NCBI GenBank assembly: GCA_964582295.1
Contig: CAZOQP010000002.1
Coordinates: 8,563 to 72,562, forward strand
DNA: 64,000 nt
DNA from: an uncultured Candidatus Saccharibacteria bacterium
GTDB taxonomy: Bacteria; Patescibacteriota; Minisyncoccia; Phycocordibacterales; Zambryskibacteraceae
Direction: 5' to 3'
Under the pieces are notes generated by a model, which saw only the letters and a program-made list of their open reading frames with translations, was not told where the DNA came from and made no database searches. A program made the position numbers and the translations under genes. Positions 55,139-64,000 of the stretch are shown in pieces (within the stretch, counting starts at the first letter, position 1; each line of letters opens with the position of its first letter).

Positions 55139-56494
55139 TTAAAGATTTTTTAGAGCTTTCGTTCCTGTGGGGGTGTCAAAAATGGAGTATTGAGCGGAAA
55201 TAATCTCGTCGCGGAGACGGTCGGAGGCGGAGTAATCACTCTTTTCACGTGCAGCGTTTCTTTCGGAGATCTTAGCTTCAATTTCAGGTGAAATGTTCTT
55301 AGCTTCTTCCGCGAGTTTCGTGATGGGCAACCCGAGGACTTTTTCCGCAAATTCAACATCTATATTTTCCATGGCCGCAATTGCTTGGGGAGTGTTCAGG
55401 TCATCCGCTATGTATTTCAAAAGTTCAGGATCCGCTTTTGTTTCTCCTGTTAGCGCATATTGATGTACTACTCTCTGGAGTGCAGCTTGAGCGGCTTCTA
55501 ATGCTTCCCAGGTGAAATCTACCGGAGTTTTGTAATGAGCAGTGAGAAAAAGATAACGAAGTGATAGGGGATTAAACCCTCGTTCCAAAACATCTCGCAT
55601 ACGCACGATATCGCCCTCAGATTTGGCCATTTTATCGCCGCCGAAATTCAAAAATGCCGAGTGCATGAAAAATCGCGCAAAAGGCTTGCCGGTAGCACCT
55701 TCGGATTGTGCTATCTCGTTGTTGTGATGAATAGGCGCGAGATCAATGCCTCCGGTGTGGATGTCTAAAGTCTCTGTCTGAAGAGTTCGCATAGACATAG
55801 CCGAGCATTCAATGTGCCAGCCAGGAAAACCTTTGCCATACGGACTTTCAAAACCGATCTCTGAATTCTTTTTCCAAAGGGCGAAATCACGCGAATTCTT
55901 TTTATTGGTGTTAGATGTACTTAAAAGTTCCTCTGGTTTTGGCAAGCCCGGTAATTTTCCGTAATCAGGGAATTGCTCGGTATCAAAATAGATACCATCT
56001 GCCGTTTCATAGGCAAGGCCTTTCGCCAAAAGTTTTTGGATAATATTCAGATCCTCACTTATATACACAGAATCAGATGCACGGGGCATGTGGTGAGGTT
56101 TCAAGATATTCAAGGTTGCAAGATCTTCTTTGAAAGCATTCATATATCTGGTGGCGAGGTCGTGCATCGCGGAAAGTGTCAAGGGTTGGTTCTCCCGCAC
56201 CAGAGCTTTTGTCATCTTGTCTTCACCCTCTGCATTGTCCCCTGAAAGGTGCCCTACATCTGTGATATTCATGCTTTGTTCCACTTGGAAACCCGTTGCC
56301 TCAAGTGCGCGGCGCAAGGTGTCTGCAAAAACGAAAGAGCGAAGGTTACCCACATGCACATAGTCGTAAACGGTAGGGCCACAATGGTAAAGAGTGACGC
56401 GGGGAGGCCCGCCTGATGACGAGGCAGGGGTCAATGGCTCAAAGGTTTCTTTCCGCCCTGTCAGGGAGTTGAAGAATTTCAGAGTATTGGGCAT
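55139..56494 (-). CDS. cysS: cysteinyl-tRNA synthetase
   Basis: HIGH-class motifs (..CGPTVYDYVHVGN..) and KMSKS-like KMAKSEG. 451 aa. Confidence 0.9.
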   Translation of the reverse strand: MPNTLKFFNSLTGRKETFEPLTPASSSGGPPRVTLYHCGPTVYDYVHVGNLRSFVFADTLRRALEATGFQVEQSMNITDVGHLSGDNAEGEDKMTKALVRENQPLTLSAMHDLATRYMNAFKEDLATLNILKPHHMPRASDSVYISEDLNIIQKLLAKGLAYETADGIYFDTEQFPDYGKLPGLPKPEELLSTSNTNKKNSRDFALWKKNSEIGFESPYGKGFPGWHIECSAMSMRTLQTETLDIHTGGIDLAPIHHNNEIAQSEGATGKPFARFFMHSAFLNFGGDKMAKSEGDIVRMRDVLERGFNPLSLRYLFLTAHYKTPVDFTWEALEAAQAALQRVVHQYALTGETKADPELLKYIADDLNTPQAIAAMENIDVEFAEKVLGLPITKLAEEAKNISPEIEAKISERNAAREKSDYSASDRLRDEIISAQYSIFDTPTGTKALKNL

Positions 56495-56554
56495 TTATGG
56501 CGCGATTATATCATGAGCTATTCAGATGGATTTGATGCGGTGCGTATGAGATAA

Positions 56555-57802
56555 TTGGCACTTATGAATGGATTTGACGGAACGAAAGCAAAGCGCATTG
56601 CCGTTGGCGTGCTCCTTGTCTTCATTGGTTTTTATATTGGGCTCAATGCCGGAGAAAGAAAATCTGGCCAGGCCGCTATTGATCTTATAAATACCGAGGT
56701 GGGGAAACCTGCAGGTGTTGATTTTGCTCCTTTCTGGCAGGCCTGGAAGCTTCTTGAAGAGAAATTCGTTCCCACAAGCTCTACCACTGTTGCTAAGAAC
56801 GAAGATAAGGTTTGGGGAGCCATAAAAGGTCTCGCAGATTCATACGGCGATCCGTACACAGTTTTTCTGCCGCCAGTTGAATCGGAGATATTTGAAGCCG
56901 ATGTCCGAGGTAATTTTGAAGGAGTTGGAATGGAAGTGGGGATGAGAGATAACACCCTCACGGTTATAGCGCCGTTAAAAGATACGCCCGCTTATCGAGC
57001 AGGAATAAAAGCGGGGGACATGATAATCCGCATTGACGGAGATTCCATCTCCGGATTTTCGACAGAGCAGTCCATTGCCATTATTCGGGGGGAGAAAGGC
57101 ACGCCTGTCACATTTACCATTGCCCGCGAGGGTGTGGCCGAACCTCTTGAAATAACCGTATATCGCGACACTATTTCCATTCCAACCATAAACACAGAAC
57201 GTCTTTCAAATGGGGTATTTGTGATAAGTCTTTACAATTTCTCATCTGTTTCGCCGGAGCTTTTCCGCCAGGCCCTACGTGAATTCATAGAATCCCGCAC
57301 CGATAAGCTCATTTTGGATTTACGCGGAAATCCGGGTGGATATTTGGAAGCATCTATTGATATGGCAAGCTGGTTCCTGCCTTTGGGGAGGCCTATAGTG
57401 ACAGAAGACTTTGCCGGAAAGGAAGAAAATATTGTGTACAGAAGCCGGGGCTATGATGTTTTCAACGACAAACTGAAAATGGTTATATTGGTTGACGGAG
57501 GTTCGGCGAGCGCATCGGAAATTCTAGCAGGAGCACTGCATGAGCACGGCATCGCGGTACTTGTGGGCGAAAAAACTTACGGCAAGGGATCCGTTCAGGA
57601 ATTAATGCATATCACTGCAGATACCTCGCTAAAGGTGACGGTGGCGCGCTGGCTGACACCAAAAGGGCTTTCAATATCTTTGAACGGTATTGCTCCAGAT
57701 TTTGCGGTAGTGAATGACAAAAAGGGGATAGACAGCCAGCGCGCCAAAGCCGAATCTCTGCTTCTGGATAACGATTATTGGGAGACTAGAAAATCACAAT
57801 GA
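56555..57802 (+). CDS. carboxyl-terminal processing protease (S41 family) with PDZ domain
   Basis: PDZ segment and S41 catalytic region (..DLRGNPGGYLEASIDMASWF.., ..VDGGSASASEILAGAL.., ..KTYGKGSVQ..). Confidence 0.8.
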   Translation: MALMNGFDGTKAKRIAVGVLLVFIGFYIGLNAGERKSGQAAIDLINTEVGKPAGVDFAPFWQAWKLLEEKFVPTSSTTVAKNEDKVWGAIKGLADSYGDPYTVFLPPVESEIFEADVRGNFEGVGMEVGMRDNTLTVIAPLKDTPAYRAGIKAGDMIIRIDGDSISGFSTEQSIAIIRGEKGTPVTFTIAREGVAEPLEITVYRDTISIPTINTERLSNGVFVISLYNFSSVSPELFRQALREFIESRTDKLILDLRGNPGGYLEASIDMASWFLPLGRPIVTEDFAGKEENIVYRSRGYDVFNDKLKMVILVDGGSASASEILAGALHEHGIAVLVGEKTYGKGSVQELMHITADTSLKVTVARWLTPKGLSISLNGIAPDFAVVNDKKGIDSQRAKAESLLLDNDYWETRKSQ

Positions 57803-58242
57803 AAGTCATACTTCTAAAAGATGTTCCGAAAGTAGGGAGGAGGTACGAGCTTAAAGAAGTCTCAGACGGTTTTGCAGCCAATTTTCTTTTCCCGCGCGGG
57901 CTTGCGGAAAAGGCCACTCCCACTGGTATTTCAGAACTTCAGAAAAAAATGGAGGCAGAAAAAGCATCTACAGAAGTTCAGGAAGAATTATTGAAAAAGA
58001 ATTTTGCAACGCTCAAGACATCGTCAATTGAATTAGCGAGACCTGCAGATGAAAAGGGGCACCTTTTCGCAGGTGTGCGAACGGCCGATATTTCAAAGGT
58101 CATAAATGAAAAACTCGGGATGAGTGTTCCCGAACATATGATAATACTTGAACACCCATTGAAAACGGTAGGGGAGCATGATGTAAAAATAGAATCCGGA
58201 GAGAACAAAACGAATTTGAAAGTAAGTATTGTGGGGCAATAA
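57799..58242 (+). CDS. rplI: 50S ribosomal protein L9 (bL9)
   Basis: MKVILLKDVPKVGRRYELKEVSDGFAANFLFPRGLA... ATGA overlap with the upstream protease gene. Confidence 0.85.
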   Translation: MKVILLKDVPKVGRRYELKEVSDGFAANFLFPRGLAEKATPTGISELQKKMEAEKASTEVQEELLKKNFATLKTSSIELARPADEKGHLFAGVRTADISKVINEKLGMSVPEHMIILEHPLKTVGEHDVKIESGENKTNLKVSIVGQ

Positions 58243-58260
58243 AAAGATAACCGCCACTCC

Positions 58261-58476
58261 CTAGTCGGGAAATGGCGGTTCACCTTTGTCTGGAATTATA
58301 GAGTTTTTTTGTTCCTGTGTCGGCTTGCGAGTGCATTTTGCTACGTGCTCGTCGTAAAAAGCTATCACTATGTTACCTCCACAGTGAGGACACTTTTCGC
58401 AACACGGCATTATGTGTACGACTGACGGATCTGTATGGCACTCGCAGTCACAGATTTCAAAATCACGAGCAGACAT
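58261..58476 (-). CDS. small Cys-rich (zinc-finger-like) protein
   Basis: 9 Cys in 71 aa (CDCEC, PCCEKCPHCGG). Confidence 0.3.
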   Translation of the reverse strand: MSARDFEICDCECHTDPSVVHIMPCCEKCPHCGGNIVIAFYDEHVAKCTRKPTQEQKNSIIPDKGEPPFPD

Positions 58477-58521
58477 TTTTATTCCTCCCGAGGATGGAAT
58501 TCTATTCAGAGAGTACCACAG

Positions 58522-58800
58522 TTACTGTGGGATGACATCAAAAACTTTCTTGGATTTGGAGACGCCGTTGAAGTGAGTTTTCCTTTTGGAACGCACATGG
58601 AGAGTACCGGCAACGAGGGCAAAAAGAGTGCGATCGGAGCCCATGCCTACATTGTGGCCGGGAATGATAAGGGTGCCACGCTGACGCACCAAAACAGCTC
58701 CTGGAAGCACTTTGGCTCCCGGATTGACCTTGACCCCAAGATATTGAGGACCCGAATCTCTGCCGTTTTTACTTTGGCCGGCTGCCTTCTTATGTGCCAT
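58522..58800 (-). CDS. rpmA: 50S ribosomal protein L27 (bL27)
   Basis: [16 protein letters not shown]...VRQRGT...[14 protein letters not shown]... Confidence 0.9.
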   Translation of the reverse strand: MAHKKAAGQSKNGRDSGPQYLGVKVNPGAKVLPGAVLVRQRGTLIIPGHNVGMGSDRTLFALVAGTLHVRSKRKTHFNGVSKSKKVFDVIPQ

Positions 58801-59206
58801 ATCGGTATAATGTTACAGCCAATGAGTATAATCAAAAACCTGACCGAGCGCAAGGAGTTGCGGGCGATAACGGAGAAAGACTGGAGATATTCTATATCTG
58901 TGGTTATTTTGGCATTTTCACTCGTTTTAGGGCTTATTTTCCTTATGAAAGGGCTGTCATCTCGGCCGGATGTGAAGATTTACACCGATCTTTCAGTCTA
59001 GGCAGGGCAGGGGACCACCAGCTTGCTAAAAGGCCAAAAAGTGGCCTGATGAATTTATGAAATATACGGCTACATAAAGCCATTTAATATGCTGTTTTCA
59101 GCGTAAAACACTTGACACAGCTATTCAAGTATGATATCATATACATAGCTCAGGAAACCCCTGAGTTTTTCGTTTGGCGTCGTTTCCGATCTAACGACAG
59201 TAGTGA

Positions 59207-59701
59207 TTGAAACCACTCGACGCTAATTACAAACTAACAAAAAGGCTTATCTTATCTTTGACAACCCTTGGTTTACTTGCGACAGCGGGCATGGGTATGA
59301 ATCCCTCCGTTCTCTCTGTGGACGCAAGCTCCGTTCCGGAGCATCCGGCCATAGTGATGCCAAAAGCAGGAAACAAGACTAAGACCGTTCGTGAACAGGT
59401 AGAGGAGTATTTTAAAGATATCCCTATCATGGTAAAGGTGGCACAGTGCGAATCCCGCATTCGCCACTTCCACAAGGACGGTTCTGTAATTCGCGGTGAG
59501 CTCACCCCAGCAGACGTTGGAGTGATGCAGGTGAATGAGGGTTACCATTTGGAAACCTCTCGTAAGCTTGGGATAAATATCCACACCCTGGAGGGAAACT
59601 TGGCATATGCCCGTTACCTCTATGAACGCGAAGGTCTTCGCCCGTGGATGTCGTCCTCTCATTGTTGGGCGAAAAACTCGGAACTTGCTCGCGCTAAGTA
59701 A
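59207..59701 (+). CDS. secreted protein with lysozyme-like (lytic transglycosylase/GH23-like) catalytic motif
   Basis: Signal peptide. ..VAQCESRIRHF..(n)..ADVGVMQVN.. resembles the E-S...GLMQ motif of SLT domains. Confidence 0.4.
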   Translation: MKPLDANYKLTKRLILSLTTLGLLATAGMGMNPSVLSVDASSVPEHPAIVMPKAGNKTKTVREQVEEYFKDIPIMVKVAQCESRIRHFHKDGSVIRGELTPADVGVMQVNEGYHLETSRKLGINIHTLEGNLAYARYLYEREGLRPWMSSSHCWAKNSELARAK

Positions 59702-59712
59702 AACTAATTAAC

Positions 59713-59750
59713 AAAAAACCGCCCCCGTAAAAAGGGGCGGTTTTTTGTTT
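59713..59750. terminator. bidirectional intrinsic terminator between convergent genes
   Basis: aaaaaa-ccgcccc-gtaaaaa-ggggcgg-tttttt. Confidence 0.6.
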
Positions 59751-60178
59751 TATACGCTCATTATTCTTTTTTGTTTTTTACGATGAAAAAGAGCGGTCCC
59801 GAAGAATAGGGTAGTGATGAGCGCGGAAAAGATGCAATAGAGGCACCAAGCGTAGAGCACGAATGCCTGTATGTATGTGAAATAAAGAGAAGCATGGAAG
59901 CCGATGCCAGACACAACGGTGATAGCCAAAATAATTTTCTGTGATTGCGGTTTTTCTAAAAACATCAATGAGCCGACAAAAAGAAAGAGGTAATAAGCCA
60001 GACCGAGATAGGGAAGGGGAATGCCGAAAATAACGGAGTAGGAACTTGTGGTCACTACATCGCACTGGAAGCCTTCCGTGCAGGGCGGAATAACACCTCT
60101 AAAATGCTCAACGGATAGAAAAAGAGTATCAAGGAACCCAAGGCCTGAAAGAATGACGAGAAGAATACGTGCGCGCAT
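59750..60178 (-). CDS. vitamin K epoxide reductase (VKOR) family membrane protein
   Basis: 4-5 TM segments. A loop Cys pair (PPCTEGFQCD) and a CLYC (CxxC) in the last TM region. Confidence 0.65.
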   Translation of the reverse strand: MRARILLVILSGLGFLDTLFLSVEHFRGVIPPCTEGFQCDVVTTSSYSVIFGIPLPYLGLAYYLFLFVGSLMFLEKPQSQKIILAITVVSGIGFHASLYFTYIQAFVLYAWCLYCIFSALITTLFFGTALFHRKKQKRIMSV

Positions 60179-60181
60179 GAT

Positions 60182-60856
60182 CTATTGAGACGTACCAGCT
60201 TCTACAGCTTGCAATGTATCGTCAATGACTTTTTGGAATTCTCCACCTGTCTGGGGTAGGGGAATGAGCTTGCCGTTCACGAAAAGGGAAGGCGTACCGG
60301 AGAGGTTGAGGGCCTTGGCATTCTCCCTGTCGGTCCTTATGACATTCTCTGCGGCCTGGGAACTTAGGTCTGTGTTGAATTTTTCCACATCAAGACCCAG
60401 GGTTCTTGCATAAGATGCAAACAATATTTCAGGAGTTGCCGATGTGGCCCACTCTTCCTGATTCAGATAAAGGAGGTCGTGCATCTCAAAGAATTTATCC
60501 TGTGCACCGGCAGCTTCCGCCGCTTTTGAAGAAATGAGTGCGTGAGGATGGATTTCTATAAGAGGGTAGTGCCTGAAGACCACAGCAAGTTCTTCTCCGT
60601 AAATCGCCTCGGCTTGCGTGAGAAGTGATGCGTATGATTTGCAAGCGGGGCACTGGAAGTCGCCATACTCAACAACTACTACTTTGGCCTTTGAAAGGTC
60701 TCCTCTTATATGGTCATTTTCTGTTACCGGATATGAGGAAAGGTCGCCTTCAATATTTAATGCACCCGGCCCTTTTTGAGAGGTGAGGCCTATTACCACG
60801 AGCGACCCAACCAGGAGCACTACTATCCAAATCCACATTTTTTTCATATTCCGCAT
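60182..60856 (-). CDS. DsbA-like thiol:disulfide oxidoreductase (periplasmic partner of VKOR)
   Basis: N-terminal anchor. CPAC active site in a thioredoxin fold. Stop 4 nt upstream of the VKOR start. Confidence 0.8.
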   Translation of the reverse strand: MRNMKKMWIWIVVLLVGSLVVIGLTSQKGPGALNIEGDLSSYPVTENDHIRGDLSKAKVVVVEYGDFQCPACKSYASLLTQAEAIYGEELAVVFRHYPLIEIHPHALISSKAAEAAGAQDKFFEMHDLLYLNQEEWATSATPEILFASYARTLGLDVEKFNTDLSSQAAENVIRTDRENAKALNLSGTPSLFVNGKLIPLPQTGGEFQKVIDDTLQAVEAGTSQ

Positions 60857-61154
60857 TATACGCTTTTTGCTGCTTTATTGAATAGGGAAGGGCTTCTGTA
60901 TCTTTAGGAGTACGTCGCACAATATATCTTTCGGTAAGTAACCTAGGGCAGACCTGTCCCCCTCCGTTAAAAATAATTTTTAGACCAATCATTAAATAAA
61001 TGGATTAAATTAATCTGCGAGGGTTTAATCCAGAAGTTTTTCCCACCACTCACCCGTCAAATTAAGCAGCACATATGCTGAACCGTAAATTGGCAACAAT
61101 ATTAGAAATAGGATTTTCTTTACCATTTTGGATTTCTTACGAACTAGTACTTAT

Positions 61155-61400
61155 TCACTGATTAGGCCCCGGTGATACAGCCCCGCCTATCTGCCTAAAG
61201 GCCTCAAGAAGGAATGGCTTCACGTGCTCGCTCCAGATGTCTCCCAGGATGGAGAAGAAGCGGATAACAGTGTCTTTAAGGCCGTCTTCCTTAACGCTTT
61301 GTATGACGTCAAAATCGAAAACGTATTTTAAAAGAAGCCAGGCCACCACAAGAAGGAGTAAGAACGGGATGAATCCCCTCTGATGAGAATTTTCTTTCAT
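61155..61400 (-). CDS. small membrane protein (81 aa)
   Basis: One N-terminal TM (FIPFLLLLVVAWLLL). Confidence 0.35.
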   Translation of the reverse strand: MKENSHQRGFIPFLLLLVVAWLLLKYVFDFDVIQSVKEDGLKDTVIRFFSILGDIWSEHVKPFLLEAFRQIGGAVSPGPNQ

Positions 61401-61445
61401 CGGGCTCTATTATATCAAATGAAGCTCTTGCGGGCGAGCGAATAA

Positions 61446-62732
61446 TTATATGGACGGCAAGTATACGAGCGGATCAAGATAAGCTGCTGGAGGCGCTATG
61501 GGTATTGAGATGTTCTGGCAAAAGCGGCTGGAGAGATATCTTTCAACTTTCACGCCGTCTGATGCAAAGATGCCGAGATGGAGGTGTGGGCCTGTGGAAA
61601 ACCCTGAGCCAGATGCTCCCGGCTGGCCGCCTGTGAAGCCGATAGTTTCTCCTGTGGCAACGGTAGCACCCTGCCCCACCTTGAGGCCTGAAAGATGGGC
61701 GTAGAGGGAAGAAAGGCCGTTATTGTGCCTTATGAGAGCCCAGCGGCCGTAAGAGTAGCATCCCCTCTGATCATCTGTGTTCCCCACCGCCACCACGACG
61801 CCTGCAAGTACGGCCTTTACTGGCGTTCCCACAGCCGCCCGGAAATCAATGCCGTTGTGGGTTCCGGAAACATAAAGACGTTTTGCAGATACGGTTGCTC
61901 CGAAGCGCTGGGTGAGAAATACAGATGCAAGAGGCCACTGTAAAATGCCTGGTCTTTGAGACGGGAGTTTACTCGGGTCAATAGTCCTTTCAAGTTGTGC
62001 TTCGTATTCAAAAATCTCTTTTTCAAATTGTTTGCCGAGTTCAATATTTGCCTTTAATTGTTTCTGATATTCGGATTCCTGGCTTTTAGTTTCCACTAAA
62101 AGTTTAGTTTTGGCGGCTTGGTTCTCTAAAACTATTTTTTGTTGAGTATTCAAAGTGCTCTGAAGATTTTGTAGCTCGCCTTTCTTTTGGCGAGATTCCT
62201 CCTGCTCCTTAGTGAATTCTTCCTTGGCTTCGCTTAATATCGTTATGTGGCCTCTCAGGGTTTCATTGAGCTGTTTCATTTCCTCAACTTCATTCCATGC
62301 GTCAGCCAGGGTTTTTTCCGCAAGAATGCTCGTCATCAGACTTTCCCGGTCTGAGGCGGCTATGTTCCGGAGAGACTCGGCAAGTGCTTCTCTACCATGA
62401 ACTATTTTCTGGCCGGCATCCCGTATGTTGAGACCTAATTTTTCTATTTCATATTGAGTGGCGCTTATATTGGTTTTGGTTGAATTGAGGTCATTCCCCA
62501 GTTTCTTAGCATTCTGATCAAGAGATTTTACGGCCGTTTGAAGAGTGGCTGCCTGCATTTGAGTTCTTCCTATCTCTTCCGTAAGGCGTTTATTTTCCTC
62601 TTCTATCCTTTGTTGTTCCGCCCTTTTTTGGTCTATAAGTTTTTGAAGTTCAGCTGGTGTCAGAGCAAAGGAAAACACAGGAGTGAGGATAAAAATACAC
62701 AATATAGATGCAAAAAAGTTTTTCAGGTTCAT
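61446..62732 (-). CDS. M23 (LytM) family peptidase with long N-terminal coiled coil (EnvC-like)
   Basis: Signal peptide MNLKNFFASILCIFILTPVFSFA, roughly 250-aa coiled coil, and the C-terminal M23 domain (HNGIDF, ...YAHL). The ATG overlaps the gltX stop (TAATG). The longer ORF-track start is a GTG inside gltX. Confidence 0.75.
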   Translation of the reverse strand: MNLKNFFASILCIFILTPVFSFALTPAELQKLIDQKRAEQQRIEEENKRLTEEIGRTQMQAATLQTAVKSLDQNAKKLGNDLNSTKTNISATQYEIEKLGLNIRDAGQKIVHGREALAESLRNIAASDRESLMTSILAEKTLADAWNEVEEMKQLNETLRGHITILSEAKEEFTKEQEESRQKKGELQNLQSTLNTQQKIVLENQAAKTKLLVETKSQESEYQKQLKANIELGKQFEKEIFEYEAQLERTIDPSKLPSQRPGILQWPLASVFLTQRFGATVSAKRLYVSGTHNGIDFRAAVGTPVKAVLAGVVVAVGNTDDQRGCYSYGRWALIRHNNGLSSLYAHLSGLKVGQGATVATGETIGFTGGQPGASGSGFSTGPHLHLGIFASDGVKVERYLSSRFCQNISIPIAPPAAYLDPLVYLPSI

Positions 62733-64000
62733 TATTTTTGTAAAAGTGAAAGTGCTTCTTTGAGGCGTGTGAGAGTTTCTTGTTTTCCGAAATAAATCAT
62801 GAGGGAAACAGGGTCTGGCGACCTTTCTTTCCCGGATAAAGCGACCCGAAGCGGCCAGAAGAAGCTTCCGGGGCCAATTTTTTGTGCTTCTGTGTCTAGT
62901 GCGGTTTTTAGAGAAGTTTTTTCCCACACGGATGCATCCAAATTTTCTATCACAGAAATTATAGTATTCATATTTTCAACAGTCTTTGCAGTATCGTCCC
63001 CGCCCGACTGAACGGTGTCAGTCGTTCGGGCGGGTTTTTTCCATATAAGCATTGATGGCTCACATATCGGCTTTTGGAAAAGGTAATCCCACTCCCCTCT
63101 TTCAAATTCATCCCGCAGTTCCTGGGCTAGTGAAATACGTTCCGAAAATAAAAACCCGGTCTTTCGTAGATCTTCTTCTTTGACATCTAATTCTTTTGCG
63201 TGTGAAGAAGAAAGAATGGCATTTGCTATGTATTCATTGGTGAATTCCTCACCTTTTATTTTGAGATATTCCTTGTTCATCCAGGAAAGTTTTTTCTCGT
63301 CAAAAATAGCACCTCCTTTTTGCACTCTGGAAATATCAAATATCTTCACAAGTTCATCAAGGGTAAAAATTTCCTGGTCTGTGCCGGGATTAAACCCTAA
63401 AAGTGCCAGAAAATTAAGCATGGCTTCGGGCAGAAAACCACGCTCTTTGTATTCGGTGAGGGAGACAGTTCCGTGGCGCTTTGAAAGTTTGGAGCGGTCG
63501 GGTCCGAGGATAAGCGGCAAATGGGCATAAACGGGCCTGGGTGCGCCCATTGCTTCCTGAATAAGTATCTGGCGGGGAGTGTTTGAAATATGATCCTCCC
63601 CTCTAATGACGTGCGTGACTCCGGACAGAAAATCGTCAACTACCACAGCAAAATGGTAAAGAGGTTCTGTTTTACTCTTGGCTATCACGAAATCACCAAG
63701 CTCTGTAGTATCAAATGAAACCTCCCCGCGTATTTCGTCGTGGAAAGTTACTCTTTTATTCGGATTTTTGAAACGAATAACCTCCGCTCTGTCCCCTTCT
63801 TTTTCTTGTTTTTCCTGGGATACGTAAACAGAACCGTTCTCAATAAGTTTGTTGAGCTCGCCTTCATAAATACTCGTTCTCTCTGACTGGCGATACATCT
63901 CATCCCACGAAAGCCCGAGCCATGAAAGCCCATCCAGGATATTTTTTTCAAATTCTTGAGTACTTCTTTCCTTGTCTGTATCCTCTATACGCAGAAGAAA
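62732..64000 (-). CDS. gltX: glutamyl-tRNA synthetase, 5' end beyond the window
   Basis: Catalytic-core and anticodon-binding regions. The frame stays open upstream of the listed Met through ...LRIEDTDKERS... to the window edge, so the N-terminus is missing. Confidence 0.8.
   Translation of the reverse strand, partial: FLLRIEDTDKERSTQEFEKNILDGLSWLGLSWDEMYRQSERTSIYEGELNKLIENGSVYVSQEKQEKEGDRAEVIRFKNPNKRVTFHDEIRGEVSFDTTELGDFVIAKSKTEPLYHFAVVVDDFLSGVTHVIRGEDHISNTPRQILIQEAMGAPRPVYAHLPLILGPDRSKLSKRHGTVSLTEYKERGFLPEAMLNFLALLGFNPGTDQEIFTLDELVKIFDISRVQKGGAIFDEKKLSWMNKEYLKIKGEEFTNEYIANAILSSSHAKELDVKEEDLRKTGFLFSERISLAQELRDEFERGEWDYLFQKPICEPSMLIWKKPARTTDTVQSGGDDTAKTVENMNTIISVIENLDASVWEKTSLKTALDTEAQKIGPGSFFWPLRVALSGKERSPDPVSLMIYFGKQETLTRLKEALSLLQK

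Noticed and set aside
1-64000. CRISPR array
   Set aside because: The only repeated sequences are the five palindromic elements, the tRNA duplicate and the terminator hairpins. None occurs as regularly spaced short direct repeats with unique spacers.

Overview
This is a compact, gene-dense bacterial chromosomal segment. By eye it is roughly 45-50% GC; no composition was computed. It has short intergenic regions and frequent start/stop overlaps, and most genes are housekeeping genes. I found no rRNA, no CRISPR array, and no recognisable transposase, integrase or phage structural gene.

Housekeeping genes identified:
- typA, truB, an ECF sigma factor, the def-fmt pair, a PriA homologue, frr, rseP, proS, greA, lysS.
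- Two mreB paralogues; one heads an mreB-mreC-mreD-mrdA operon.
- A partial dcw cluster (mraZ-rsmH-ftsL-ftsI-murF) that runs directly into purL, with purM convergent downstream.
- rmuC, a YqeY-like protein, dnaB-recR, cysS, a Ctp (S41) protease.
- Ribosomal proteins L9, L21 and L27 (L21 and L27 are not adjacent), HPF.
- A VKOR-DsbA pair plus a second DsbA.
- An EnvC-like M23 peptidase and gltX, which is truncated at the window end.

Two tRNAs (Asn-GTT at 17503-17574, Glu-CTC at 46226-46297) each sit next to a small accessory cluster:
- By tRNA-Asn: a GC-rich LysM/M15 gene, an AT-rich ASCH-NUDIX operon, and a GIY-YIG gene.
- By tRNA-Glu: an MGMT-like gene, a lipoprotein, and a 915-aa FtsK/HerA/TraG-superfamily ATPase with an unrecognised N-terminal half.

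The observations I rank highest:
1. A family of at least five palindromic intergenic elements, each bounded by the hexamer TCGCTC and each inserted 3-12 nt after a stop codon. Two copies are 105/106 identical in opposite orientation, and the other members show compensatory stem changes.
2. A GIY-YIG gene bracketed by a roughly 40-nt direct duplication of the 5' part of tRNA-Asn; the upstream copy carries a 16-nt perfect-palindrome insertion.
3. A PriA homologue whose Walker A and Walker B motifs are degenerate.
4. A sortase next to an LPNTG protein that has no hydrophobic anchor after the motif.
5. Several unannotated small ORFs with strong ribosome-binding sites.
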